64,000 nt of DNA from Adineta vaga (Eukaryota; Animalia; Rotifera), in assembly GCA_021613535.1 (NCBI GenBank), contig CP075493.1, positions 4,340,001-4,404,000 of the forward strand. The letters run 5' to 3'. The position numbers and the translations under genes were made by a program. Shown piece after piece: positions 48,115 through 60,648 of this stretch; the first letter of the stretch is position 1, and the number at the start of each line of letters is the position of its first letter. The notes below the pieces were generated by a model. It saw only the letters and a program-made list of their open reading frames with translations. It was not told the DNA's origin and did no database searches.

Positions 48115-49203
48115 GATAAAGTGAAAACGACTGAAACAACTACAAAAAATAATCTTTTTTTACATTCTCCTATATTAAATCATTCATGTATACATAATTA
48201 ATGCTGAAGAGCAATACGTCAGCACGCATTTTTATCTAGTTTTAATAAGAGATAGTGCATAATTAAAAGCAACATGTAACTTATTTTATTTAAGAATGCC
48301 ATAAGAATCTATATATGACGTACAGATATTATAATTGCTAGTGATAGCGCGTTGAAGATGAAGAGAACTATAGCAACGGTATAAGTGTTGAAAACATGAA
48401 ATGAATTATTCATCATGGATGAAATAAATCTTGGAAATTACATTAATTTGACTAGAATGCATTCTTTAAAGAATTCACATTAGAACTTTCAGTTTCCCAT
48501 TTGTTTCATCGTATTTGAATAAACAATTTGACGTATTTTTAATAAATAGAAAATTTGAGATCATCATTCTTTATATATGAAGGCAATGTTTGTCCAACTA
48601 TTACGAAGGATTTTTTAGATTTTATCTCGCTTCAATTCGTTGTCGGATTATTCATCGTGTATCTATTGAGATTCAAATAAGAACTTAACTGTATCATTTC
48701 CTATAGCTTTATTCCAATGTCACCTGTCGAATTATAGTTGTAGACAAAGGTGTGGTTATTAACTTTAATAAACCAGGAAATATCTTAGAACAGCATCGAT
48801 AACTACAAATTCCTTGTGACACTGCATATTTGTATTTAGCTTCAATGTATTAGGAAATTATCTCATCATCTTTGCAATTGACAGTGTCTATCACTATATT
48901 ATCGTAGCAATAGGTGACGTCTTCCTAATCACAATAGAGAATGTATTCTACACGTTATAAATTTTGCTTAACAACCATTATGAGTCATAACACAGTAGAA
49001 AAGAAAAAAAAAACATATGTAGTTGCATCTGATAAATCATTTTTTCGTAAGCAACACGGTAAAGTGTGCCGCACTTCTTATTCAATTTTCATTGACTCAT
49101 CGGTTTAGAAAAAAATACTCCAAGTGCGTTTGTTCACATTATAGCGAACTCTATCTAAAAAGTACGTTACCATTTAGGTCATTTGTTGAGTTGTTTTACA
49201 TAA

Positions 49204-50490
49204 ATGCATAGACCACTCTCTTCTGGAAACGCGATGAACCATTCGAAAAACCCGCAGAGACTAGTTTCTGCTTCTCAAACAAGAAAAAATCTGACTATAT
49301 CCACTGGAACGCCTGCATCTACATTTAGTAAAACAAAAATTCGAAGTACTTATTCTGATGTTTTTACAAATGCCATCGCACGTTTTACATCATTTACTTC
49401 ATCGTGTCCAGTTCGTGTGGATACGACCGATCGATTTACAGTTTGTGCTCGTGTCCGTCCATTTTCGACAGAAGAAGCTGCTCGCACGGATCAATACGAT
49501 TGTGTAACTACAACTGATCGCACAGTAACTGTACATGCTGGAAATTTACACTTAAATAATCTAGAAATAAAACATACAACATTTCAACTTGATCATATTT
49601 TTGGAGAATATTCAAGCAATGCAGATGTATATAATATCGTTCGAAAAACAATTGTACAATCGATTCCTCAAAAAGATATACTACCTGTTGATTCTACCGT
49701 ATTTTTATATGGAAAGACGGGAACAGGAAAATCACATACTATTAATGGTATTGCTCAACTTTTTGCTCAAGACGTTTTTCATCTCATTGCAAATTGTCAA
49801 TATAATATACGAATTGGTATTTCGGCTGTTGAAATTGTTGCAGGTACAAAAGGATTTATTGTTTCAAAAGATAACATTTGTGATCTGTATAATAATGGTA
49901 ATCTCGTTTACTTCCGTGATGATGCCGATGGAACTGTACACCTGAGAGGAGCAAAAGAATATTTATGCGATACCAGTACTGAATTGAATGCATTGATTAA
50001 GAAAGCGAAAGATGTCCGACGTACACAAGCAACAACTCGTAATACTGAATCATCTCGATCTCATCTAATCTATTTTATACGTATACGAAAAGTAACGCAT
50101 GATTTCGACGATGAAGAAATTCTTTCTACAATTACTTTTGTTGATTTAGCTGGAAATGAAGGTAAACAAGATTCTCTACATTATAAAGGAAGTAGTGATC
50201 ATATTAAAGATTCTACTTCTATCAATCGTAGTCTAGCTAGTTTACAAGATTGTATACGTGCTGCAGCAGATGATACAAGAGTAATTCCATTTCGTGGAAG
50301 TATTTTAACTCGTCTGCTTAAAAAATGTTTCTATTCTAAAGAATCAAAAACCATTTTTATTGGTACTGTATCTGGATTACCGATGGACATCGAACAAAGT
50401 TTATTAACATTAAGATATACTGGTTTAATCAAATGGACTCTACCAGAATTTATAACTGAACAAACGGTTAAATTAGATGCGACATTATGA
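49204..50490 (+). CDS. Kinesin motor-domain protein (kinesin-13-like), intronless
   Basis: 'VCARVRP', P-loop 'YGKTGTGKSHT', switch I 'NTESSRSH', switch II 'FVDLAGNE', 'INRSLASLQDCIRA', 'IPFRGSILTRLLK'. Confidence 0.9.
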   Translation: MHRPLSSGNAMNHSKNPQRLVSASQTRKNLTISTGTPASTFSKTKIRSTYSDVFTNAIARFTSFTSSCPVRVDTTDRFTVCARVRPFSTEEAARTDQYDCVTTTDRTVTVHAGNLHLNNLEIKHTTFQLDHIFGEYSSNADVYNIVRKTIVQSIPQKDILPVDSTVFLYGKTGTGKSHTINGIAQLFAQDVFHLIANCQYNIRIGISAVEIVAGTKGFIVSKDNICDLYNNGNLVYFRDDADGTVHLRGAKEYLCDTSTELNALIKKAKDVRRTQATTRNTESSRSHLIYFIRIRKVTHDFDDEEILSTITFVDLAGNEGKQDSLHYKGSSDHIKDSTSINRSLASLQDCIRAAADDTRVIPFRGSILTRLLKKCFYSKESKTIFIGTVSGLPMDIEQSLLTLRYTGLIKWTLPEFITEQTVKLDATL

Positions 50491-51310
50491 CATTAATTAC
50501 ACCATATTCATTTGTGATCTATCTATTCTTTTTTTAAATTATGATGTGAATCAGTTGTATGAAAAAGGGTATTCTATCTCAAAAAGATTTGTCTTGCATA
50601 ATCATGAAAAATAAAAAGATAAATTCGACATTTTTTATTTCAATTATCGAAAACTCTAAATTGTATTTTTCATTTGTTTTTTATTGTGTCGAATGTAAAT
50701 AGTACTAGGTGATATTAGTTCTTCTCCGTCGAAATCTGAATATCCAGATGAATTACTCGTCTGGATTACAAATAGAACATTACTGTCCATGAATTCAGTC
50801 ATTTCGCGAGTGCGACTTGCCGATATAAAGGTAGGAAAACAAATACGTCTATCGAAGAAATATGTCACATGTTGGAAGAAATATATGATCGTTCGTACGG
50901 TACTGAGTCATCGACATCGTCACTAGAAGAAGAAAAAGTCACTTACATTTGTGTTGATATCTTCAAGATAAAGAACAGAATATTATTTTCACTATTTCAT
51001 CATACTGTGCATTTATTCAAATCTTATTTTCTTATCACATTCGAATATTCACAATATCTATATTGAATATAATTGTATATTTTTCATATACATATGATCC
51101 TTGAAAAGATCAGATGCTGTATTTTTCAAGGTCTTGCGGAATTTCCCAGTGAGTCATTGTATGAGACAAGACATGGAAGAATGGAAATTAGTAGTAACGC
51201 ATTGCATACGTGATGCCAAATATTTCGATATTGATCATATAAAAATTTTCTTTTCATAATTTTAGATATTCAACGTTTTACTATTAATTCGATTAAAATT
51301 CTAATATCAA

Positions 51311-52944
51311 ATGACTCATTTAGAAGATATGCCAAATGAATTATGGCTTCAAATGTTTTCTTACATGAATATTATTGATTTATTTAAAGCATTTTATCCT
51401 TTAAATTCTCGTTGTATCAAACTTATATATGCTTCTACTCGTCATGTTGAATTACCTAGTTATACAAGTATTTTATGGCTTGAAAATATATACCACAAAT
51501 TGAATCAAATATCGAGAAAATGTTTCTTGATGAAAACTATTTAGTATACATATTTAAAACCAATTGGACTTTTTCAAAACTTCGTAATCTTCATATACAA
51601 GGTACTCGCTGGACTATGGGTATACGATTTGAAAACGGATTCTGTCGCAATATATTAGTTACTTCTTTAAATGTTCTTCGTCGTGGAAATCTTCCAACAA
51701 AATCTATTTTTAAAGTTCCACTTTCTAATAACAATCAGGTGAGTAACAAATACTAGTGAATATCTGCGCAATTTTAATAGAAATATATCTTCATATTAGA
51801 TTGACGAAAGTGATTCAAACGACATACTATGTCCATATATCAATTATCTATCGACTGATCAATGTTCTGAGACACGTTTATTACGGATTTTGCAATGTAC
51901 ACCCATGTTAACTCATTTGAAATTATGTGGTAATCGATGGGATCAATCATCTCTGTATTATGGAGTCCTGTGGGATAATATACAATTGAATTTAATCGAA
52001 TTAATCATCGAAGATATGGAAACATATAGTTTGGATCTTTTAGCACGTATGCTTAATACGTCCAACGTATCGCTTAGGAAATGCAGAGTTCATATCTGTA
52101 ATTATGATAGGATTGATGGTGATACAATAAAACGCATGTTCCAGCCATGTGAACAATTAAAACATTTTGAATTTTTCTTTGAATACCATAGTTCTATACA
52201 CGACTTAGATCCTTCTATCGAATCAATTAAAAACGAATGGCAATTTGATTCCCATCATCTCTCAATTTATATTCAAAAAAATGAAGTCAATAGAAGTATA
52301 AAAATTACTTCAATGCCATGTCATTCTTCTTTTATATTCATAAACAATCTTTATGATTGGTGTGTGAATGAAATGGATTCACATTCAAACCATTTTCGTT
52401 TTACTAATGTTAATCAAATTCATATCACTAACAATGTTGATCAATTAATTACTCTCGGATATTTATATTTTCTTGATCGAACATTTACGGCAGCGTATCA
52501 AACATTACAATTCGACGTCTGTATTTTAGAATCACCGGAAATTTTATTTGATATGGTAATACTTTCTTATTTTGAAAAAAAAAGAAGATTTTTCATCTAG
52601 TTTATTTCTAGCTCATTGAAGATACGTCGATGCCACCGGTTTTACGTCGTGTACATAAGTTTATTATTAATTCATTGGATAATTTTACTCCATTTATGTT
52701 ATGTGTCTGGATTCTTCTCATGCCGAATTTAGAAATATTAAAAATTTCAAATTTAAGAGATTTTGATAAAATTATATTGGTCAAAGAATTATTCCTCGAA
52801 ATTAATCGTGATGAACGACTGAAATCAAAATTTGAACATATTAAAGAAGTAGTTCTTTTTGAAAAAGATGATTATATAACTCCAGAAATGAGTGATGTAG
52901 CTGTTAAATTTCAAAATATTTTCATCAATGCTATTATTCATTGA
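51311..52944 (+). CDS. F-box-domain protein with LRR-like C-terminus; apparent -1 frameshift near 51485
   Basis: 'HLEDMPNELWLQMFSYM...LFKAFYPLNSR' F-box. Restoring one A in the A4 run at 51483-51486 joins it to ORF 51520. Later exons are joined by GT-AG introns. Confidence 0.7.
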
Positions 52945-53256
52945 TATAACCTGTTGCATAAACAATTGTCAAGAATTTTTCACATTAAAAATCTATACAA
53001 GAAATATATTCTATTATGAGAAATAAGATAAATGTTAACGCGTTATTCAAGAACAGATAGAATATTAAATTAGTACAATATTTGTGTGTGCAAATCTACT
53101 CGTATCCAATGGGCACATCTTCCTTTTGCGATGAAATCTAAGGAGATATGATTTTAAATATAGCATCAATTTTCTTTTATCAATTACAAAGGATTAGTAA
53201 TGAAATCGTATTGACCGAATTATTTTCTCTTTTTGCGTACTTGAATCGTTTGAAAA

Positions 53257-54427
53257 ATGAATACGTTTCTAGTATTTCTCTTTTGTCCATTGTATTGTTT
53301 ATCATGTTTACTACTTAGAAATGTTGCTGTTGCAAATGATATAGGTAAACGAAAACATATGTTTAAGATTTTATCAAATTATAATTGAATAGTTACACTG
53401 TTTAGTTTTTAATCATCCAGGTGGTATACATCCTCAAAAACAATTGGATTTTGTAAAAGCAAAAATTGTTCAACAAGAACAACCCTATTACGATGCCTTT
53501 CTTCAACTAATCAATAAGACAAATGAAGCATTCACTCATCCGACTCATGCAGTAGCGAATTTTTCTGTACCTGGTTATTATGTTAATCCGGCATTACATA
53601 TCAATCGATCATGGCCACTTCAAACAGATTCATTCGATGCATATGCATGTGCATTAGCTTATCATTTAACTGGTGGTCAATCAATCTATGCAAATGAATC
53701 ATTACGATTCTTAAAAGCATGGGCTGATTTAAATACTGTCTATTCGGATGCAGATGGTGTTCTTGTTATGACTTATGCAGGTACTGGAATGATTATTGCT
53801 GGTGAATTACTTTATAATTATAATGGTTGGAATTCAACAGATCGAGACAAATATTTTCAATGGGTAACTAATGTTTATTCAAAAGCATCAAATCAAATCA
53901 AAGGAAATACAAATAATTGGGGAGATTGGGGACGTTTAGGTTCAATTTTAACTGCTCATTTATTTAATAATACGGAACAATTCGGCGAAGTTGTTGATTT
54001 AATTAAGAGTGATCTATTTTCAAAGATTGCACAAGATGGTCATATGCCAGAAGAAACAAGACGAGGAGCCAATGGTATTTGGTATACATATTTTTCTCTG
54101 GCACCAATGACAGCTGCATCTTGGATTACTTATCAAACGACGGAAGAAAATATATTCAGTCTTTCACAAGGTAATGCATCAATCAAATTAGCACTCGATT
54201 ATCTCTATTATTATAATCTTCATCCTGATCAATGGCCTTGGTTTCAAAATCCAAATAAAGGTTCACCATCATTATGGCCAGGTAATTTATTAGAAGTAAT
54301 GGGATCTTTATATAATGATAATGATTATATAAATTATGTTCAATCATCAAGACCTCTCATATATCCAATACATCATTTTGCGTGGACATTTCCAACATTA
54401 ATGAAAGTTCAATGGAATTATGATTGA
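53257..54427 (+). CDS. Secreted alginate lyase-like (PF05426-type, bacterial-like), 2 exons
   Basis: Signal exon MNTFLVFLFCPLYCLSCLLL..., intron 53345-53405, then 'FNHPGGIH...LDFVKAKI...PY', 'NNWGDWG', 'GHMPEETRRG.NGIWYTYFSL'. Confidence 0.8.
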
Positions 54428-55130
54428 AATGAATAATTCTTAAATAAAACTGACATCAATCTCACGAATTCAATTATGATTTATTTCAAAACTAGAATAT
54501 CTAAAAAGCAAACATTGTCTTTCTCTAGAAACTGAATACTTGTACTACTTCTGGAACGTTATTGAAGTATCTGAGTATCGAGAAAATATACTTCCATGTA
54601 TTCTCTTCAGTTTGCCTTTGATGTTGACATGAAAGAAGGTTACAATTTAGTTGAACTTCAGAAGATTGATCCTAATTTTGTTCGTATTGAAAATCGTATG
54701 GTTTATTCAGCTTATTTGATTACTTTTACTTCATAATTTTTACAAGCTTTACATGGAAATCGAATCTTTTTTCTATAAATCAACCTTTGATTATCATAAT
54801 TCAATTGTGTGAGAGTATGGATATGATTTTTTTCTGTCCTCCTACATCTTTATTAAATGAAAAGTGATTGTTTCACATATATTTATGTATTATTCTTTCA
54901 AATGAAAAGAGCAAAACATTGTCAAAAATCTTTCATTCAAAACAATATTCTCTTCTCTGCATCCAACTCATTCTTATCCGATTCTTTTTCTATTTTTCAT
55001 TCTGATTGCTGCTAAGTAACTATGTAGAATCAATTGCGTAGTTAAAAACTAACACAAAAATAGAGTATAGAATGAAATAAACTTCTATCAGTTTACCTAT
55101 CTAGAATAAGTTAATATTTCGAAAGTTATT

Positions 55131-57642
55131 ATGACAACGTCTCTCGTTTCATCAAATACGAATAGTTTTGTCAAAAGTACGAATAAACAACTGGAAAATT
55201 ATTCACTTGTTTGGCTCGATGAAAGTGTCAATGAAAATCCTGAGATAGAAGATAAACTACGTTCCGTTATTGATCAACTGGAAAAATTTCAAGCTATGAA
55301 AGAATGTCAAGAATATATTGAACAAAAATCTCGAACGGATCGAATCGTACTGATTGTTAGTGGTCAATTTGGAAAACAATTCGTACCTATTATTCATAAA
55401 TTTCGACAAATTATTTCTATTTATATCTATTGTATTGATCAAACAAGTCACGAACAATGGTCAACTCAATATACAAAAGTAAGATTTCATTTTGATTTTT
55501 GTCATTTTCTTTTTCTTTTTTCTTATTCTATAAAGATCAAAGGCGTTATAACAAAACTCTGTGATCTTCTATCTCAAATTAAAGCTGATCATAAAATAGA
55601 GAGGAAAGTTGAAGAATCATTACCGATTTGTATTTTCAACTTTAATAATAGCGAAGATTCCGTGATCGCAGCTGGAAATCATCAGTTTGTTTTTAAACAA
55701 ACGTTTATTGATCTTCTCTTACGATTAAAATATACTGAAACGGATAAAAATGAACTTATCAATCGTTTAAAAAAACAATTTAAAGATAATCCAATTGAAT
55801 TAAATAATATTTCGAAATTTGAACAAGATTATACATCAGATACGGCATTAGAATGGTATACAAAGAAAACATTTTTTTATAAAACTTTAAATGCAGCATT
55901 ACGTGATGAAAATCTTCATATGATATTTTTATATCGTTCATATATTTATGATATTCATTGTCAATTAGAAGAGAATGAAAATAAACATATTCTCAAAGTT
56001 TATCGAGGTCAAATGATAACGACAGATGCATTGGCTATTCTGAAGAAATCTATTGGTCAATTCATTTGTATCAATTCATTCTTTTCAACAAGTTACCTAT
56101 ATAAACAAGCATGTGTCTTTCTTCGTTTATCAAATATTTTAGAAAGAGTTATCTTTGAAATTGAAATCGATCCAAAGAAAGAACACATCAAACCATTTGC
56201 TGATATTAGTAAACATAGTGTTTATACGAAAGAAGCAGAAGTTCTTTTTATGATTGGTTCCGTTTTTCAAATAAAAAGTATTAATCGTAGTCAAGATGAT
56301 AATATCTCGACGATTAAATTGATTTTATCAAATGCAAGTGAATATGATTCGAAACAAATTCATAAACAACGAAATTCAAGTCGAGAAATAGATCTTCGAA
56401 CTTTAGCTCAATTCTTATTCATTGAAGGAAAAGTTGATTTAGCGAAGAAATATTTTATTCGTTCAATTAATGAAACATCAATAGATGATCCTATATGTGC
56501 TGATTTATACGATGATCTTAGTCGACTAGCATCGAAAACATGTGATTATGAGACGAGTTTTCAATATTTACATAGATCAATTCAATGCAGACAACAATTT
56601 AATAACTCCACTATTGGAAAGACAAGTAAATTGACTAGTAAGTGCTAGAAAAGCAACAATTCTTTGCAGAATAGATTATCTATTCATTTTAAATTGACCG
56701 AAAATATGTTTTTTTTCTCCCCTCCGTTGTACAGAACAATTGAAATGGAAACCAATGGGAATTATGATTCCTGGAAAAAATGAAAATGGAATTGCACTTT
56801 CTCACCCGTTTGGAATTTGTATTACTATGCGAAAAACTGTTTATATTGCTGATTGGGGTAATGATCGTATTGTTCGATGGAAATGTAATTCTACACTTGG
56901 TGAAATTGTTGTCAGTGGAAATGGTTGTGGAAATCATCTTGATCAACTGTCTAATGTAACAGATTTAGTTGTTGATGAACAAAAGAATTCGTATATTATT
57001 TGTGATCGAGGAAATAGACGAGTCATACGATGGTTTGATCAACAAGAAACAAATCAACAAGTTCTTCTAAATAATATTGCTTGTTATGGTATAACGATGG
57101 ATAAGAAAGGTTTCATCTATGTTTCGGATACCGAAAAGAATGAAGTAAGACGATGGAAAGAAGGTGAAGAACAAAGAATAATTGTTGCAGGTGGAAATGG
57201 TCGAGGAGATGATCTAAATCAATTTCATTTTCCTGCTTTTATATTTGTTGATGATGATTACAATATTTATGTATCGGATCGAGAAAATCATCGTATAATG
57301 AAATGGAAAAGAGATGCAAATGAAGGAATTCTTGTTGCTGGTGGAAATGGTTACGGAAATCATCTGCAACAATTATGTTTTCCTGAAGGAGTTGTTGTTG
57401 ATTATTTAGGTCATATCTATATTGCAGATTATGGAAATAATCGTGTAGTACGTTGGTGTGAAGGAGATAAATGTGGTTCGATTGTTATTGGTAATAGTGG
57501 ATTAGAAAGAGAATCATATCTCTTGAAGCATCCTTGTGGTTTATCACTTGATATCGATAATAATTTATATGTTGTTAATCAAGTTAATAATCGTATTCAA
57601 AAATATGAAATCGATCGCGATGAATTAAATTACATTTCTTAA
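55131..57642 (+). CDS. Multidomain ADP-ribosyltransferase: N-terminal 'LVWLD' domain + ART + TPR-like helices + NHL-repeat beta-propeller
   Basis: ART 'VYRGQ', 'NSFFSTS', 'KEAEVLF'. Intron 56638-56734 leads into NHL repeats ('YIADWGNDRI', 'VAGGNG.G..L.Q...P', 'YVSDRENHRI'). Confidence 0.8.
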
Positions 57643-58435
57643 ATTTTGCATGTCGCTTACTCTCTACACGTTCGAAACTAGATCAATAGTAGAAATACAA
57701 CTTATTTTGAAACTACATAAATCAATGTATAAAACTCTTGTATTTTTTTGATTTACATTCTTTTGACGATTGCACTTATCTCTATTATAAACTTATCTGA
57801 CTTATTCAATAAAAATCATGAAAGTATTTTGTCTACACTGTTATTTGCGCATCAAATGTTCAGACATAAACGCAATTATAAATCTAGTCAAGCATATTTA
57901 TACATTTAATGAATGTAATGTTAAAGATTGAAATCATTACTAAAAAGCAAACTTTTACACGTTAACATTAGTGAATTCAACTGAAATATCGAGAAAAAGA
58001 TATATTCTACTTTTTTTTCTAAGTTTGAAATCATTGTACTCAAAATAAGACTTAGTAAAATTTCTTTTGCATATCGATCCAATACTTCCCAAATATGATC
58101 ATAGAAAATTGTTTTTGCAACATAATGACATGAACTATACTTAATTTGTCCATGAAAAAAGTAACAACGAATCTATATTTTTGATGAACAGTTAAATGTC
58201 ATGACCTAAAAATAAATCACAGATCAGACAACATTTTTTCCTTCTGTTTATGGAATATCCCCTTTTCAAACAATTTTGTAGATTCTAATTGATGAGACCT
58301 GAAAAATCCTTTCAATTTTTATTATACGCCGTTATTAGAGCAGAAAGAAAGAATGTGATATACATTTTTTCCTATTTTCTCACTATATATACTTCAGTTT
58401 ATAACGTATTTTTCTTCAAAACAAAATTTTCTAAG

Positions 58436-59380
58436 ATGGTATCTAACACAATCTCCTTCTGGATCTATATTTCTTTCTATATTCCTTCTGTCCTTTGTAC
58501 AATCTTTATTATTGCTTATGTTTTACTCGATCGAAATCTTCGTCGTACTCTCAATAATCATATCATTGTTCTTATTCTTTCAATTGGTTTGATTTATCTA
58601 CTAACAGTTTATCCTTGGATGTTTTATTTTTATCGATATAACGGTGTTTGGCGAAGATCAAAACTCTTTTGTGTGGTTTGGGTTTATATTGATTGGAGTT
58701 TGTATGTTACTCAAACGATGCTCTTTGCTTGGGCAACAGTTGAAAGACATATTTTGATCTTCCATGACAAATGGATATCAACACGAAAGAAACGCTTTTT
58801 TGTTCATTATGTTCCTCCTGTTTTTATTCTCCTTTATGGTCTTATCTTCTATATTGTATTTTATTTTTTTCCACCTTGTCAAAACTATTTCTACAATGGT
58901 GATATATGGTGTTTGGATGCTTGTATGAATTATAACAACATATATACCATGTGGGAAGTAATAGCTCATGAGATTGTACCAGCTTTCATAATTATAATTT
59001 GTAGTGTTGCTTTATTGGCTCGTGTCCTATGGCAAAAACGTCGATTGAATCAAATTATTGACTGGCGAAAACATCGAAAGATGGTAATACAAATCTTATC
59101 AATTTCAATTTTATATTTTCTCTGTTCATTTCCATATGCAATCAGTATGATTCTGCTTGCATATCGAGTTCGCGGGAAATGGGTTCGCGATCTTGTTAAC
59201 TATGCAGTATTTATTTCTTACTTTTCGTCTCTTTGGTTGCCATTTGTTTGCTTATTGACAATACCTGAACTTCGATCTAAATTAATGAAGTATTTACGAA
59301 TGGCACGTAGATGTGACCGTGTTGCTGCTCTGTCAATAACAGTAAAACCGAAGAAACAAGGTCAAACACAGACTCATTAA
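58436..59380 (+). CDS. Rhodopsin-like orphan GPCR (same family as the 26.5-29.8 kb cluster)
   Basis: 'AWATVERHILIFHDKW', 'FFPPC', 'WRKHRKMVIQ', 'PFVCLLTIPELR'. Confidence 0.85.
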   Translation: MVSNTISFWIYISFYIPSVLCTIFIIAYVLLDRNLRRTLNNHIIVLILSIGLIYLLTVYPWMFYFYRYNGVWRRSKLFCVVWVYIDWSLYVTQTMLFAWATVERHILIFHDKWISTRKKRFFVHYVPPVFILLYGLIFYIVFYFFPPCQNYFYNGDIWCLDACMNYNNIYTMWEVIAHEIVPAFIIIICSVALLARVLWQKRRLNQIIDWRKHRKMVIQILSISILYFLCSFPYAISMILLAYRVRGKWVRDLVNYAVFISYFSSLWLPFVCLLTIPELRSKLMKYLRMARRCDRVAALSITVKPKKQGQTQTH

Positions 59381-59453
59381 AAAAAAATGTCTACTTTATT
59401 TCTTGAATAAATTTCAAAAAAATCTTAGAAAATCTTGTCATAAAATGTCTAAT

Positions 59454-59945
59454 CTATAAATGATTACAAATTATATCACGACCAATACCCTTTAAAATCA
59501 ATGAACGAAATTCATCATAATTTAAATTTCCATCTGCATTGATATCGACTTTTCGAATGTAATTTTGCAGAGCAATGCTAGTCACATATTGATTAATTAT
59601 AGTTAAAAAGCCACTTAATTCATCAATATGAATAGAACCTGAATTATCTTCATCTAAAATAGCAAATGCTTGTTCCAATTCAAATTGATCATAGAATCCC
59701 ATAATAAATGGCCGTAAAACAAGAATAAAATCATCGAATGATAATGCATTCGTTGTATGTGTAATTAAACGATTGTATTGATCACGTTGTATATTTGCAT
59801 TATACGTTCTCATACGTCGTTCTTTTTTACTTGTTAAACCAAGTGAAACGTTTTCAACAGTTACTTCTTCAAATTCATAATCGATTTCATTGATTTGACC
59901 AAAATGACGAGTTACAGTTTCGGTAACAGTAAATTCTAGATTCAT
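59454..59945 (-). CDS. EF-hand (calmodulin C-lobe-like) calcium-binding protein
   Basis: 'LEQAFAILDEDNSGSIHIDEL' and 'VDINADGNLNYDEF', two EF hands. Confidence 0.85.
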   Translation of the reverse strand: MNLEFTVTETVTRHFGQINEIDYEFEEVTVENVSLGLTSKKERRMRTYNANIQRDQYNRLITHTTNALSFDDFILVLRPFIMGFYDQFELEQAFAILDEDNSGSIHIDELSGFLTIINQYVTSIALQNYIRKVDINADGNLNYDEFRSLILKGIGRDIICNHL

Positions 59946-60648
59946 TATTGGATTCTATTCAATATGATCTATATGAAAAACATAAAAGACAAACCACTTT
60001 GTTTTTTATTACTCATAATATTGATGTAGTAAAATTTCAGATATTTATCGTTGTTTTATGAAAAATAACATTTGGTTTAGTTTTGTCTGTATTACATTTA
60101 CAATAGACTTACGTTAAGATCTAGGATGTTTTCTTTTCTTCTAGTAAAATTGAAATGAAAAACAGATTTCGTTTACTAACGACAAGTTGCATTAGATAAG
60201 GCAAGTGGTTTTTCTTTCTTTCTTATCATTACTCTCAAGACATTAACGACAAAGAAAATTTTGGTTTTGTTGTCAAATAACGAGATTACTATTATTAAAA
60301 TCTGCATCGTTCTGAATATGCGAACTTTCAAAAATAAAAAGACATGACTTTACAAATGATAGTTTTTGTCCTATACTTAATGCTGAGTTTTTTTTAAATT
60401 AATTTCTCTTGTGCCCGAAGTTCTCAGCCAATATTAAAAAACAAAAGTACGGCATTTGTTTGTAAAGTATGACAAATCTTTTGTAATCTTATTTTAGTAG
60501 AATCAAGGCATTCATTTGAGATCTTCATAGATGTTAGAAATTAACTGAAAAGAAAATGAGTTATTATCGGATAATCATTTGGAAAAAAACAACCATCTTG
60601 TTTATATATCTTTCATTTGATAATATTCATCACAGCTAAAGAAATCTA

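Noticed and set aside
50656-51066. Short ORFs between the kinesin and F-box genes
   Set aside because: No recognisable motifs or coherent exon chain.
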